From the NCBI GenBank assembly GCA_030265395.1, contig JARFYF010000029.1:19364596-19428595 (forward strand): a stretch of 64,000 nt of DNA, read 5' to 3'. Numbering within the stretch: position 1 is the stretch's first letter; each line of letters begins with the position of its first letter. Position numbers and translations under genes: made by a program. The notes beneath the pieces are model-generated. The model saw only the letters and a program-made list of their open reading frames with translations. It was not told where the DNA came from and did no database searches. Shown piece after piece: positions 39,801 through 49,412 of the stretch. This stretch comes from Rhina ancylostomus. Its lineage: Eukaryota.

Positions 39801-42800
39801 TATCTTGTATTCATTTTCTTTCCCAGCATCCTTGCTTTCTAAATTCCAAATATTCCCATGTTTACCTTCAGCCTTCTTAGCGACATTCTCCTCAACCTGC
39901 TTCTCTGGCTCACACTTATCATCAAGTTCCTTGGTTTCTTTATTTGCTAATTTTTCTTTTTCTGTTAATAATACCAGTTCTTTCTTACCCTCCCATTCTG
40001 AAATTTTTTCCTTAATGCTTGGATTCCTAACTACGATACTAGTTTTATTAGGAGAATAGCTCTGCCTGGAAGTGTTCTTTAATGGCTTCTGCGTGGAGTG
40101 TTCATTTTCTGAGATGCTGTTGATGTCCAGCCTTGGACTACTGATGACAAATTTTTGGTTCAGCATTGTTTGCTCACTGCAAGTCAGCCTGGGCTTTGTA
40201 ATGCAGCTGTTGGCTGGCTTTAGTGGACACTTCACCTCTGTGCCATCAACTGCCTGTGTACTAATCAGGATCTTTGTTGAGTTCTTCCGAGTGGAATTCA
40301 GATGCTGATTAACAATGTGTTCAGGTTCAACCCTCGGTGGCTCCTTGACAATCAGGACAAACTTCTCACCATCTGTTTTCACTCTGCAAGATAAAAAGAT
40401 CTGTCATAGTCACAGAACAGAGTGGTTTCTGAGTCTTAAGAAGTACATAACATAGTTTTTAGCTGGGCATTCTTAAGCAAAGATCTTCAAATGTCCTGAG
40501 TTTCACTACTTTCCATTTTTTGATTACCTTATGATATTGAAACAGAAGAGAGAATGAGCTGCTGAAAAGGTTATGCCCTGAATTCTTAAGTCAATTGGAC
40601 TAGGTGAGAGATGGAGTGGAATGGGTGTTGAGGCAATGATACCAACACAAGGAATCCATATTTCCATTACCGCAAATGGGAATATCACTCTGAATATATG
40701 TTCATTACAAGATCTGATTTTAAGCTACATACACCAAGTCTACTCCCATTCTAAGACAAATTAACAAACTTTGGGCTCCAAGGCTGTGCTGAGCTTTTAC
40801 TAGCTGTTGGCCAAACTGAAATCCATAAGGTGATTATTTCTCTTTCACCCTTGTTACCTGATTGATCCAAGAAGGTCAATTTAACATTCAAAGATCTTTG
40901 CCAAAATGCAAATTACTTCATAATATTTACAACAGAGAGAAAGGCTGTTCATCCCAATAGGGTCCATGCTGGTGTTAATGCTCCACCACTCAAAGCTTTT
41001 CAGTCTAAAATCAACATCCTTTTAGGTGACAAAATACATTGAGCTGGGACTGGCCGATAAAAGGCCTATTTTTATCAGAATTGCAAAATGGGGTCAGAGA
41101 TTGGAGTTAGGACTCTCCACCCAGTTCACAAAATATTAGTTCATTCTTCAAATTGTTTTACTAAATCCAACTTAAAAAACTGGACAACATTCGACCATGG
41201 AATTTTCTTTCCCTACATTAACTAAGTGAAATGATGATCATATAACGTGAAGTGCCTTGGTCTTCACCTCATCATATCCAGTGAGCCTCATATCAAAATA
41301 CAATTATTAATTTTTACCTTGCCATTGAACATGACAGACAAAACAGAAATGAAGCTCCCTCTCACAGATGGCATTGTAATATTGTAGGGCTGCATACAAC
41401 TGGCTGTTATGCCTCAAATTTTCAGAAACCTTAATGGAAAACAAACACTGTGGGAAAATGCAATTAGGGTGCTCTTTTTATATTCTTCCTACAAGACAGT
41501 GATAACCTTTTAAGCATTTAGACAGGAAAGGGAGCCCTTAACATGAGGCACACAGTATTCCAAGCTAATCACTTCCTGCATGATACACTGGAAAATCTCA
41601 AGTCATCTTCAAAATCCAGAGCACTCTTTGGAGTTATATTGCTGAAAATTAAATCAAAATTTTCTGGTGAGTTCTTAAAGAGTATCTAGTTGCTTCGTTC
41701 TCTTAATTACAGATGATATAGAGGGAGGAAATTTATTGCACTCTAAAACCGATAAAACATTTCATGCTGGAAGTCCACCATGCCATTTTGCTTCAGGCTG
41801 CACAGTAAGCATGCAGGGTGCATGCTTGGAAATTTTGTGAGCCCATTGTACATGCAAATCTATGAACAAACAAGACCTTCAACATGATATTCAATAACCT
41901 TTGGGCTCTAAACAATTGTTGTATCGATCTTTTCCTTTCCTATTTGTAGTCCATTTAAGAGGTGCAGAGTCAGAGTTTCTTTATTGTCTCAGAGAGACAA
42001 GATGGCTCCAATACAGACTTACTGCCAATAAACTTTCTAGAATTTTGACCTATACTTGTCCTGTAGCAAGACTGAATCTAAGTCAAGCCCTTTCCTTGTC
42101 TGTCATGGTCTTGAATTTCAGTCAGCCAAGGTTTGATTTTCAGATTTGTTTTTCACCCAGACATTTTTCTCAGTTTGGTTCTTTTGCAATTCCTGATCCC
42201 CAGGAAGCCCTTTAATTTCACCAAAGGAGTTGGTTTATTGAACCAATTCTCTTCTCATCACATTGTTGTCTGTGCAGATCACACTACCTTCCTGCCCAGG
42301 CTTTGGAGAACAGTTCTCTTCTTCCCAAAAATGTCAATGAGTTGCCTGTAGCCTTCAATGTAATCTCGCTTTTCTTTTCACCTCTACAAAAGCCCCACTA
42401 TGGCAACTAAACCCAAGACTAAATAAATAAATAAATAAATATATTTCAATAAACATGTTCACCAGACCTACAATTTTGATAATCTGTTGCCCTTTAAATA
42501 ACATTTTCTCCTGTATTACATTCTCTGATAGGGCATCACATTCACTTTCCCCTATTCCTGCAAGAGCTTGAGCGCAGTCCAAGTCGAGCAAAGGCCGAGT
42601 CAGATTGCTACACTTGAGAGCAAATCTGGAACGGACCTTGGGTGCGGAGTGCAGAGTTGGGATGAATATCATGGATCATTACATGCCTGTAACACTTCAT
42701 TCAAAAATGGCAGACCAGGCAAAGAACTGAAATTTGAGATGACTTAATAGTTTTTTTTTTAAGAAGTAAAGCAACAGAAATACACTGTGTGGGACTAAAT

Positions 42801-45800
42801 GAAAATACAGCTGTTCCTCAGTCCCTGCTACACATTTCCTCTACTGTAAGTCCTAAACCACAGTCATGTGCTGTGGTTAGGTCCTGAAAGGTCACTGATT
42901 GATCTGAGGAGATCTCTACTTAAGCTAAGCATTCTGGATAAACACAACCTTTCTGAATATCACAGAGAAACCAGTAACCTCTGCAAGAAAGCTTGAGCAG
43001 CCCCAAGCTGGAGCAAGGTTATCTTAAATGTTCTTGAAGCATACTTCCAATGTAACTGTTGCTGAAGCCATGTTCATAAACATCACATTCGATTTGGCAA
43101 ATTAAGTGATTGAGCAGGATAGAAAAGAACGCTTTTTTTGTAAAAGGGGACAGCAGGTGATAAAAAGCATGCAGCAAAAGTGTTCCTCCTGAGAGTGCTT
43201 TAAGCGCTGAGAACAGACAACTACTGCTCTGTTAATCCCAGTGTTGTGTGGGATCAATGTTTCCATGACAATTTCTGTAGAGTGCATCTAAACAAACATC
43301 TAACCAACTTTGAAAAGAAAATACAAAATGCCTATTCCTTTAAGTAAATGTCATCCCATACACACTTAAATGATTCAGTGATAAATATTCTTATGAGAAA
43401 CAGGTTTGACAGACAGGCTTCCAATATGGCTTCACATGGGGGCTCTGTTGGAAATGACAATCCAAAAGTGAGGGATGGCACTTCAATTGTCTTTTGGCAA
43501 GGGTGAGTGTTGGAGGTTGGGACAGAGAACAGGGGGAAGGTAGGTGGGGGACTCATCATGAAAGATTTGTGGGGTTCTGAGTTTTCATATTTTATGGAAA
43601 AGATTTTGCTTCCACCACCCATATTTTTGTTGCAGTATTTTGATAATCTGCCAATAACAACTAGTTTGCCTATTTATTTTGCAGTAATGGCAAATATTCC
43701 AGCTGACTGCTCAAAATCCTAGACTTCCACTTCCTGCCCTACATTGTGATCGAGGTCTGAAATCCTGCTGTAATATATTCACCTTGTACATCCATAAATA
43801 ACAAGAACATGCAAAATCCATATGCAGTAGAGTTTTTAGAAATCATTTTTCAATTCCCTCCAACATTCTCACTCACTTTCTCCTTTGAATTGTCCTGCTA
43901 TACCAGACAAGCTAAAAGTAAGTTTAAAGTATCATGTAGAAAGATACTGAATGTTCTACCTTTGCACATTTTCACAAATTTCCTCCAATTAGGGAATTAT
44001 TCATGCAAAATTACACCTGTACTGCTTAATACTGCTGCCAGTGACGTGGATAGCTAACAATATTACTAACGCCCAAAAACCTCATTAGGTTCAGAAAATT
44101 TGACCAATTCATTTCCTGAATTATCACCATATTATTTCAAATTACAAGACATTGTCTCAAGGCTGCAACACTCTTAACACTAAAGACAGATAGGTAAATG
44201 TTATCAATAGGATTTATGACTCCTGTGTCCATTTTGACCAATTAGATCCCAGAACAAATTGTTCTTTAGCTAATCATTGATCATGGTTGTAAATTACCAG
44301 TTCCCAAATGTAAATAGATTTTCAGCCACCATCTTCAACCATTTAGATCCTAGTGCCATATGATAATTTCTGATTAGTTCAGTCACAGAAGCAACTGACC
44401 ACCAATGATCCAGCAACTCTCTCTCTCACTCAGCTAATGACCTTCAATTCTTCCACAATAGAATCAAGAACTGACCAAAGTATTCAGCAGTTTGAAGCAG
44501 CATGTGCCATGAAATATCATGGGAATTGACTGAGATCTCAAATGGAGGCATGTGCAGAACAAATGAGAGGAACCACCCTCCAAAAACATCATCACATATA
44601 AAACAATTGATTGGCATTGGCAAGTTAATTTGATTGGAATGGGCGGGGGGGGGGGATGTTTCACTTTCCACTAAGACAGCTGGAATATTCAGCGAGTCCT
44701 GGCTAAAAACTAAATCAATATAGCAAATGTAGAACTAAAATGTTAAGCCCAAATTCTAGGGAAAGCAAGATATCAGCAAACAACAGGTGTTAAGTACTTT
44801 GAGGTTTTTCAGAGTATTCACACAATAAACATTAGAAACCACACTCTAAACAATGGAGTAACATCACTGGTACTTTATAAAACTTCATAACACTGGATAA
44901 AACACGAGTCTAGAAACTGGATTACATAGTACCCATTTCTGGGCACTCTGTGGCCCAACTTTGACTTTACCTGGAATAACCAGATCAAGTCCTCTGTGCT
45001 ATTCACATTAGTATACATGACATCTTCCAGGTGCAAGACATACATCAAATGTCATTTATCGCATAAAGCCCATTTTCACCCTTACCACCATAAACTGGAG
45101 CCAAAGTTGAAACCCATGACCATCACAGTAGAACCAGCAACACATTGCACTAGCCTGCTACTTTTTTCACTACTTGCAAGGACACTGCTGACATTAGGAC
45201 AATTGACTCGCTACCTACAGACTGTTCAAGCAGTCCATAGAGTGTGCTTAAACTAACATTGAGCCCTTTTTCCCTCATTTAGCTGTGGATATTCATTCAC
45301 TCAGTGCCTCAGTAGAAACAACTCACTTAGGGACTTCAGGCCAAGAGGCAACGACCTTTCCATCAACCTACACAGAGAGTCTTCAGAGACACCACATACA
45401 ACTTGGACCTCTCTGATAAACACCACATTCACAGGCCCAAGTTTTCCAAGGTTGTCTTTATTAAGTATTGTATTTATGAAGAAATAATTTCACCAATTTT
45501 GATTTCAGTGAGCTTCGGGTGGTATCTGAGGCTTTGGGATTTGACAGTGTTGCTGACTACCCATGAGTGCAGCAGCCATTAATCCTAAACATGTGCCCAT
45601 TGGGGCTTCCCTTGTAACCCAGAACTTCTTCTGAAGAGGAAGGCTTTCCACTCCTTCAGTATGGATCACAATCTCATGGTCAATGCCATTTTTATGGAAA
45701 CCAAAAGACTCTGCTGATCGTTTTCAGTGGCCAACACTTCTTCGACATTGGGAGTCAACTCCTGTGGCTGCTCACATCACTGTGCTCTCTAGACAAAGCA

Positions 45801-47037
45801 TCACTGGTTTCCTCAAGATGAGATTTTGTTGATTGCCTTAGTCTAGGCACCCAACAGTACACCACAGGCAGGTGAGAAGACTCCTTCATTGTGTGCTGCA
45901 TGCTGCACAATGTAACAAACTGTAGACAGTGGCCACTGGCAGAGCATGAACTGAAGACAGAGGTTCATAAGGTGGAGACTGGACAAGGAGCAAGAGGAAC
46001 AGGATAAAAGGTGCCGTTCACTGTGGGATGTCACTACTCAACATTCACAGCTTCATTCCCAACAGAACAGAGGTGGCAGGGCACAGGATATAAAGGATGT
46101 CCAAAAGCAGGGACGATTTTCATAAGGAGCCTGCAAAATATATTTGCCCAAGCTAGACTCCATCACACCAACATAGTATGGCAATAATTGATCTAAGTAG
46201 AATGGGTGAAAATCCCCTCACGTGCTGTGAAAGTCCAACTACATCAAATATAACACATCATCGAATGATTCCCTGTTCACATAATGTCAATGGCTTGATA
46301 GAAATTCCCAGCATTTCTTAATCTACTATGACCTCTGCACAGAATACAATTCCCTTTGGTCATTTATATTTTATGAGAATAGGTTGAGCAAGCTAGGGCT
46401 TTTGTCTTCGGAGAGGAGGAGGATGAGAGGTAACTTAATAGAAGTGTACAAGATGACACGAGGCACGGATTGAATGGACAGTCAGAGAGCTTTTTCCCAG
46501 GGCGACAATGGCTAACACAAGGGGTCATAATTCTAAGGTGATTGTAGGAAGATAAAGGGGGACGTCAGGGGTAAGTTTTTTTTTACACACAGAGAGGTGG
46601 GTGCATGGAACACACTGCCGGCAGAGGTTGTGGGGGCAGATATATTAGAGACATTTAAGAGACTCTTAGATAGCCAAGTGAATGATGGAGAAATGAAGGC
46701 TATGTGGGAGGGAAGGGTTAGATAGTTTTAGAACAGGATAAAATGTCAGCACAACATGGTGGGCTGAAGGGTCTGTACTGTGCTATAATGTTCTAAGTTC
46801 TATTGCATGGGCTTATGTTATGAATATTATCATAAATTTAGTAGCAGTTGTGATCAGTAATTTGAACACATTATCAACTGTGGTATAACGTATTTATTTA
46901 TGAGACCTGCCTGTCAGTCCAAGTCACAGAATCCAGACAACTCTTACTCACCGATCAAGGGGCTTTGAATTGTAAGTTGTTCCTGTCCAGTTTAACACCG
47001 CTGTCTTACTGGCTATCATCCTGTTGGTAATAGGCAT
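3792..47037 (-). CDS. DENND2A: DENN domain-containing protein 2A-like Rab GEF, 19 coding exons, about 1130 aa
   Basis: Joined exons: 46952-47037, 39118-40383, 37074-37225, 32921-33039, 32108-32308, 31548-31641, 29738-29788, 25801-25988, 24805-24914, 21983-22052, 21813-21890, 20817-20957, 19549-19697, 10732-10909, 9474-9515, 8625-8733, 5280-5519, 4037-4123, 3792-3823. Total 3393 nt; all junctions GT-AG and phase-matched. Complete uDENN/cDENN/dDENN region. 2A-type segments: [59 protein letters not shown]. Confidence 0.88.
4037..4123 (-). CDS. DENND2A: Exon [29 protein letters not shown]
   Basis: Manual translation; TCTTCTATAG acceptor, G|GTAAT donor. Confidence 0.94.
5280..5519 (-). CDS. DENND2A: Exon [24 protein letters not shown]...[22 protein letters not shown] (dDENN)
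   Basis: ORF 5182-5499; dDENN F.ETQMF motif; TTTTCTAG acceptor, G|GTGAA donor. Confidence 0.96.
5980..6210 (+). mobile_element. V-SINE copy of the same family, 5' end in an N gap
   Basis: Close match to 33278-33480 (GGGTTCGATTCCTGTCGCTGTCTGT...GGTTTCCTCCCACATT). Confidence 0.85.
6212..6310 (-). mobile_element. Older tRNA-SINE head fragment
   Basis: Minus-strand B box GGTTCAATCC followed by GGTGCTGTCTCTGTGGAGTTTG. Confidence 0.55.
6606..6886 (-). mobile_element. 3' end of a Rex1/Babar-like LINE
   Basis: Minus strand ends ATGACAATAAACTCGACTTGACTTGA (polyA signal plus short tandem tail). Confidence 0.55.
8130..8310 (+). mobile_element. Deu-domain SINE fragment
   Basis: TACTGAGGGAGT..AGGTGCCATCTT..TGTTAAACCTAGGCCCCGT..CCATGGCATTATTTTGA; a further 3' half at about 8965-9190. 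Confidence 0.55.
8625..8733 (-). CDS. DENND2A: Exon [36 protein letters not shown]
   Basis: Manual translation; G|GTAAG donor. Confidence 0.94.
9474..9515 (-). CDS. DENND2A: 42-nt exon [14 protein letters not shown]
   Basis: TTTAAG| acceptor, CAG|GTGAGT donor; corresponds to VLVVDL....FLRQ. Confidence 0.92.
9899..10120. repeat. Fold-back repeat (long imperfect palindrome), Penelope-pLTR/MITE-like
   Basis: AAACAGAAAATGCTG..CAGCAG..ATCTGTGGGAAGAGAAA is mirrored by TTTCTCTTCCTATAGAT..CTGCTG..CATTTTCTGTTT. Relatives at 6312-6370, 12570-12680, 26030-26180, 55865-55990 and 62680-62775. Confidence 0.75.
10732..10909 (-). CDS. DENND2A: Exon [28 protein letters not shown]...PTPFLIGLL...LPLEE (cDENN)
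   Basis: LYPF.WQH.YIPVLP and PTPFLIG core DENN motifs; strong acceptor; GAG|GTAAG donor. Confidence 0.97.
14080..14410 (+). mobile_element. Old CR1 3' fragment
   Basis: TTCAAAACCATGAAGG..AAAATGTTTC and 3' TGGGCTGATTGGTCTGGTTCT resemble the other CR1 ends. Confidence 0.5.
16400..17170 (+). mobile_element. Two adjacent degenerate CR1 3' fragments
   Basis: [26 protein letters not shown] resembles CR1 [28 protein letters not shown]; second piece ends GGCCCACTTCTGCTC. Confidence 0.7.
18280..18450 (+). mobile_element. CR1 RT fragment
   Basis: [11 protein letters not shown] matches the RT motif [13 protein letters not shown]. Confidence 0.7.
19549..19697 (-). CDS. DENND2A: Exon [49 protein letters not shown] (cDENN)
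   Basis: Manual translation; [10 protein letters not shown] motif; CTCTCTTCTTCAG acceptor. Confidence 0.96.
20817..20957 (-). CDS. DENND2A: Exon ILDEVEKRR...[23 protein letters not shown]
   Basis: Inside ORF 20781-21020; GAG|GTGAG donor. Confidence 0.96.
21813..21890 (-). CDS. DENND2A: Exon [26 protein letters not shown]
   Basis: Manual translation; CCCCTTTTAG acceptor, AAG|GTACA donor. Confidence 0.96.
21983..22052 (-). CDS. DENND2A: Exon [24 protein letters not shown] (uDENN)
   Basis: FSFVLT..DG.R.FGYC motif; followed by a 92-nt intron. Confidence 0.96.
22375..23025 (-). mobile_element. CR1/L2-superclade LINE C-terminal and 3' fragment
   Basis: [31 protein letters not shown]; frameshifted continuation [22 protein letters not shown]. 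Confidence 0.75.
24120..24500 (+). mobile_element. Deu-domain SINE (SacSINE1/AmnSINE1-like), degenerate
   Basis: CAGTGCAGCAGTGAGGAGTG..TTCAGATGAGATGTTAAACTGAG core and L2-like 3' AAATACTTTGGTATGTCTGAAG. Confidence 0.55.
24805..24914 (-). CDS. DENND2A: Exon [36 protein letters not shown] (uDENN)
   Basis: IPQFCFP uDENN motif; GT-AG boundaries. Confidence 0.95.
25801..25988 (-). CDS. DENND2A: Exon [11 protein letters not shown]...[11 protein letters not shown]...EVTQQFPLK (start of uDENN)
   Basis: ORF 25789-25971 extended manually; CTCTTAG| acceptor, AAG|GTAAG donor. Confidence 0.95.
26030..26180. repeat. Fold-back repeat of the same family
   Basis: CTGCAGATGCTGGAAATCTGAAATAAAAACAGAAAATGCTGGAAACA ... 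TGTTTCCGGGATTTCCTGTTTTATT. Confidence 0.75.
26258..27030 (+). mobile_element. CR1 LINE ORF2 fragment plus 3' UTR, internally gapped
   Basis: [25 protein letters not shown] and [16 protein letters not shown]...[16 protein letters not shown]; tail TGTTCTATGTTCT. Confidence 0.9.
27188..27460 (-). mobile_element. CR1/HER1-type LINE 3' end
   Basis: Minus strand ATCAGATCAATCCTGATCTTACTGAATG...CTACTCCTAATTTCT; related tails at 25070-25190 (+) and about 17340 (+). Confidence 0.65.
29738..29788 (-). CDS. DENND2A: 51-nt exon [17 protein letters not shown]
   Basis: TTCAG|TT acceptor, G|GTAAG donor; resembles DENND2A VTDENSESDSDTEEKLK. Confidence 0.92.
31548..31641 (-). CDS. DENND2A: Exon [31 protein letters not shown]
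   Basis: Manual translation; GCAG| acceptor, G|GTAAT donor. Confidence 0.93.
32108..32308 (-). CDS. DENND2A: Exon [25 protein letters not shown]...[11 protein letters not shown]...RRRKIPK
   Basis: Inside ORF 32078-32392; T-rich acceptor TTTTTTGCAG; donor AAG|GTCTG. Confidence 0.93.
32921..33039 (-). CDS. DENND2A: Exon (G)[39 protein letters not shown]
   Basis: Acceptor TCTCCAG|GG, donor AAG|GTAAT; phase 1 to 0 bridges the flanking exons; ends PDTPTK like DENND2A. Confidence 0.8.
33225..33500 (+). mobile_element. Full-length tRNA-derived V-SINE (HE1-like, short form)
   Basis: Pol III A-box-like TAGTGTAGCGG, B box GGTTCGATTCC, V-domain GTGTGGGTTTCCTCCAGGTGCTCCAGTTTCCTCCCACA, AT-rich tail. 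Confidence 0.85.
34490..34680 (+). mobile_element. L2 LINE 3' end
   Basis: GATGCTCCTTAAAA...CTTTGGGATG..TTAAGGGC..TTGTTGTT tail; similar piece at 29150-29310. Confidence 0.5.
37074..37225 (-). CDS. DENND2A: Exon [50 protein letters not shown]
   Basis: Manual translation; acceptor GATACAG|T, donor G|GTAAG; DENND2 KS[FY]EFED and EENIYEDI motifs. Confidence 0.92.
37880..38391 (+). mobile_element. PIF/Harbinger transposase fossil, N-terminal half with stops and frameshifts
   Basis: Colinear remnants: [25 protein letters not shown]; [26 protein letters not shown]; [19 protein letters not shown]; [15 protein letters not shown]; YHSLNVQ. Order matches HARBI1-like KVT.ALNFYASGSFQ...GAIDCTHV...GFHSLNVQ. 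Confidence 0.8.
39118..40383 (-). CDS. DENND2A: Large coding exon 2, disordered N-terminal region
   Basis: 422-aa ORF with [24 protein letters not shown] and Pro-rich [17 protein letters not shown]. Acceptor CTTGCAG|A, donor CG|GTAAG. 10-N gap at 39258-39267. Confidence 0.9.
45050..46030 (+). mobile_element. PIF/Harbinger transposase fossil
   Basis: [13 protein letters not shown]; [11 protein letters not shown]; KRKAFHSF (45634); GFLKMRFC (near 45812); QQY...IVCCMLHN (VCCMLHN at 45891-45911), then a purine-rich tail. Confidence 0.8.
46371..46803 (+). mobile_element. 5'-truncated CR1 LINE, same subfamily as 26600-27030
   Basis: Colinear similarity to 26605-27030 (GAGGATGAGAGGT, CTAACACAAGGGGTCATAATT, GTACTGTGCTATAATGTTCT). 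Confidence 0.9.
46952..47037 (-). CDS. DENND2A: Coding exon 1 with start codon ([29 protein letters not shown]); exon begins at 47047
   Basis: Acceptor CCCCTTGGCAG at 47048-49. In-frame TGA starts 9 nt upstream of the ATG; A at -3. Donor CG|GTGAGT is phase 2 and matches the acceptor of the large exon. Confidence 0.75.
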
Positions 47038-49412
47038 GTTCTTTCACCTGCCAAGGGGTATAAAATACAATAAATCAGTCAGGTTTTGTTACTATTATAA
47101 TCAATCATATTAATCTTGAGACTACTTATGTGGTATAATTATAATAATTCTAGTAACTTTGATTGTTATTTTTAGTGAAGCAATTACCATTGCTTAATGC
47201 CATTTTTAGTAAATTAGAAAGATAAATGGTCAGTTGAAATGCTGGAAAATCTGATCTAATCCATTTTCCCCCCTCTCTCTCTCTCTCTCTTTCTATTGCT
47301 TCAGTGTGTACATATATCTTTTAAAAACATATGTGCAGCTACTTAATCTCCTTTTACATGTTTCTTCCTGAAATCAACTTAATGGGTCAAATGGCCTCCT
47401 TTCCTGCTGTATAATTTGAAGAATTTATGCACCATTTCAACAACCATTTGATAGTTTTAGGATTTTCATACTTCAACCAAACATTAACAGGAGGTGATTT
47501 GGCACTGGCTAATTTTCTATCCTTGCTCTCTTTTACATGCCATGTACAGATGAAGAAAGCTGTTTGAATTAGCTTGTCCATCAAGATCACTCATATAACT
47601 TTTCCTTAACATTCTAGGATTTACACATGCACTTCCCTCACTGATAATTCCATTCCGTGCAAAGAACTCACCGATTATTCCTAAGTAAACCTCTAACCAG
47701 TTTAAATCTGTAAACCTATTTTCTCACAGTACCATGTCTTAGATTTTGAAACTAATCTGGTAAATAAATACTTTACCAGCTCTAAGTTCAGATCCAATGG
47801 GCAAATTTTCTGCTTGTTATTGGGGATGCCAATTGTAATTGTTGGTCTGTAAAGAATGAAGTGTCATAGATTGTACAGTATCTGAAGGGGCAGGGATTCT
47901 CCCACCCAATTGCTACTCAAAGGCTCCCTTTTTCATCAAAAAATGTCTCAGGGTCAATTGTCTCTGCCTGTTTTCTCTCTCTGAAAGAACATGTTCTGCT
48001 TCTGTTTGTTGTCTGCTTCCATTTATTTTATTGTGATCATTAGTAGTTGTCGAGTAGATAAGCAATGTATTCCATTTAAATAACAGATATCCCCCATGCA
48101 AGGATTTCAGTCAACAACCTTGTCCCCCAAGGTTGCAGCTCGAGCTGAAAGAGTAAGCTGGCTATTGACCCTAAGCAAATGGATATAAACCTAGAGCAAG
48201 ATAACCACCCTCTGGGTTTTGGCAGTTTGTTGTTTCTACTTGGCATGGCTGCTGTACCATGAACTGATCATAAACTTTATGGAAAAATATTACTTTAAAT
48301 GTTATCATCCACAAAAGGAAGGCAGGCAACCAGAAAATGGAAAATGACACATTACAGGTATGATTCTTGGTCCACAGAAGTGTAGCTTATCCCAACTGGG
48401 TAGGGGCCGAGATTTAAAATGACTTCAGCAACCCCGATATAACACACAAAATGGTCTAGGGATCCAACATCAGTTACTATACACTGACCCTGCCGGACTG
48501 CACTCCAACCCCCAACCATCACCTGTAAGACTCAAGCCTGAGCATAAACTGATGATTAATTCAGGCCTAATTGTAATACATTACATAATTCAGATTTTGG
48601 GTGCTGATGCTTTTTTCCTCGTCTGCTTCAAACTATCATTTGTGAATTCGAAATGTTGAATTATGACAATCAGGAAAACTAGCTGATGAGAGTGAATATG
48701 GAATATGAGTCCATGAGGGAAACTGGCAGCCAGGAGTTACCCAAGCAGATTTTTCATTGCAGGGGAAAAATAATTATGAATGGCTAAGTTCTGGTGCAAA
48801 ATTGGAGCCAAATCGGCTAATCCAGATTTCACAAAAATGTTGCAATTCATTTACCTCTGGCTATTTAATTATTCATGATACAATAACAGGAAAATATGCA
48901 AAGGCATCTATCCTTTATTTAATATTGTAATGAAGCCCCTGCCTCTATTTGATAGGACTGCATTGAATGTGTCTGTTGGAATTGTGCCCTGTGTGAAGGA
49001 TGTGGTAAGGTAGCTGCAACCCCTCACTCCCCCCCCCCCCCCCGTAAATGATGTTTAATGAGGTGATCAAATATATGAAGATCATTCACATGAAATAAGG
49101 GCTGGGAAGAACCCCTGACTGATCTGAGTGAGAAATATGACCTTGAATACTGTGCTGTTGACGCAGCCTTGGGTTAATGACCATGTTTCTGCTGTCACAA
49201 CTCCCACCTCACCCCATTGGGTTTCAAAAACACTTTGACCGTTTCTCTATTTCCACCCCAACTCCTGCGTCTGCAGCCCCCCCCCCCCACCACACACACA
49301 GCCATCGGCACCTGCTATTCAAAAGAAAACAAATTTAAAAAAAACAAATAGGCTTAGGGCACTTAGAATGTTTTTTTGGATTAAACAGCATAAATTTTAA
49401 CATAGCAATCCC

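Noticed and set aside
39627-40308. Plus-strand ORFs of 71-129 aa
   Set aside because: Antisense shadows of the large DENND2A exon.
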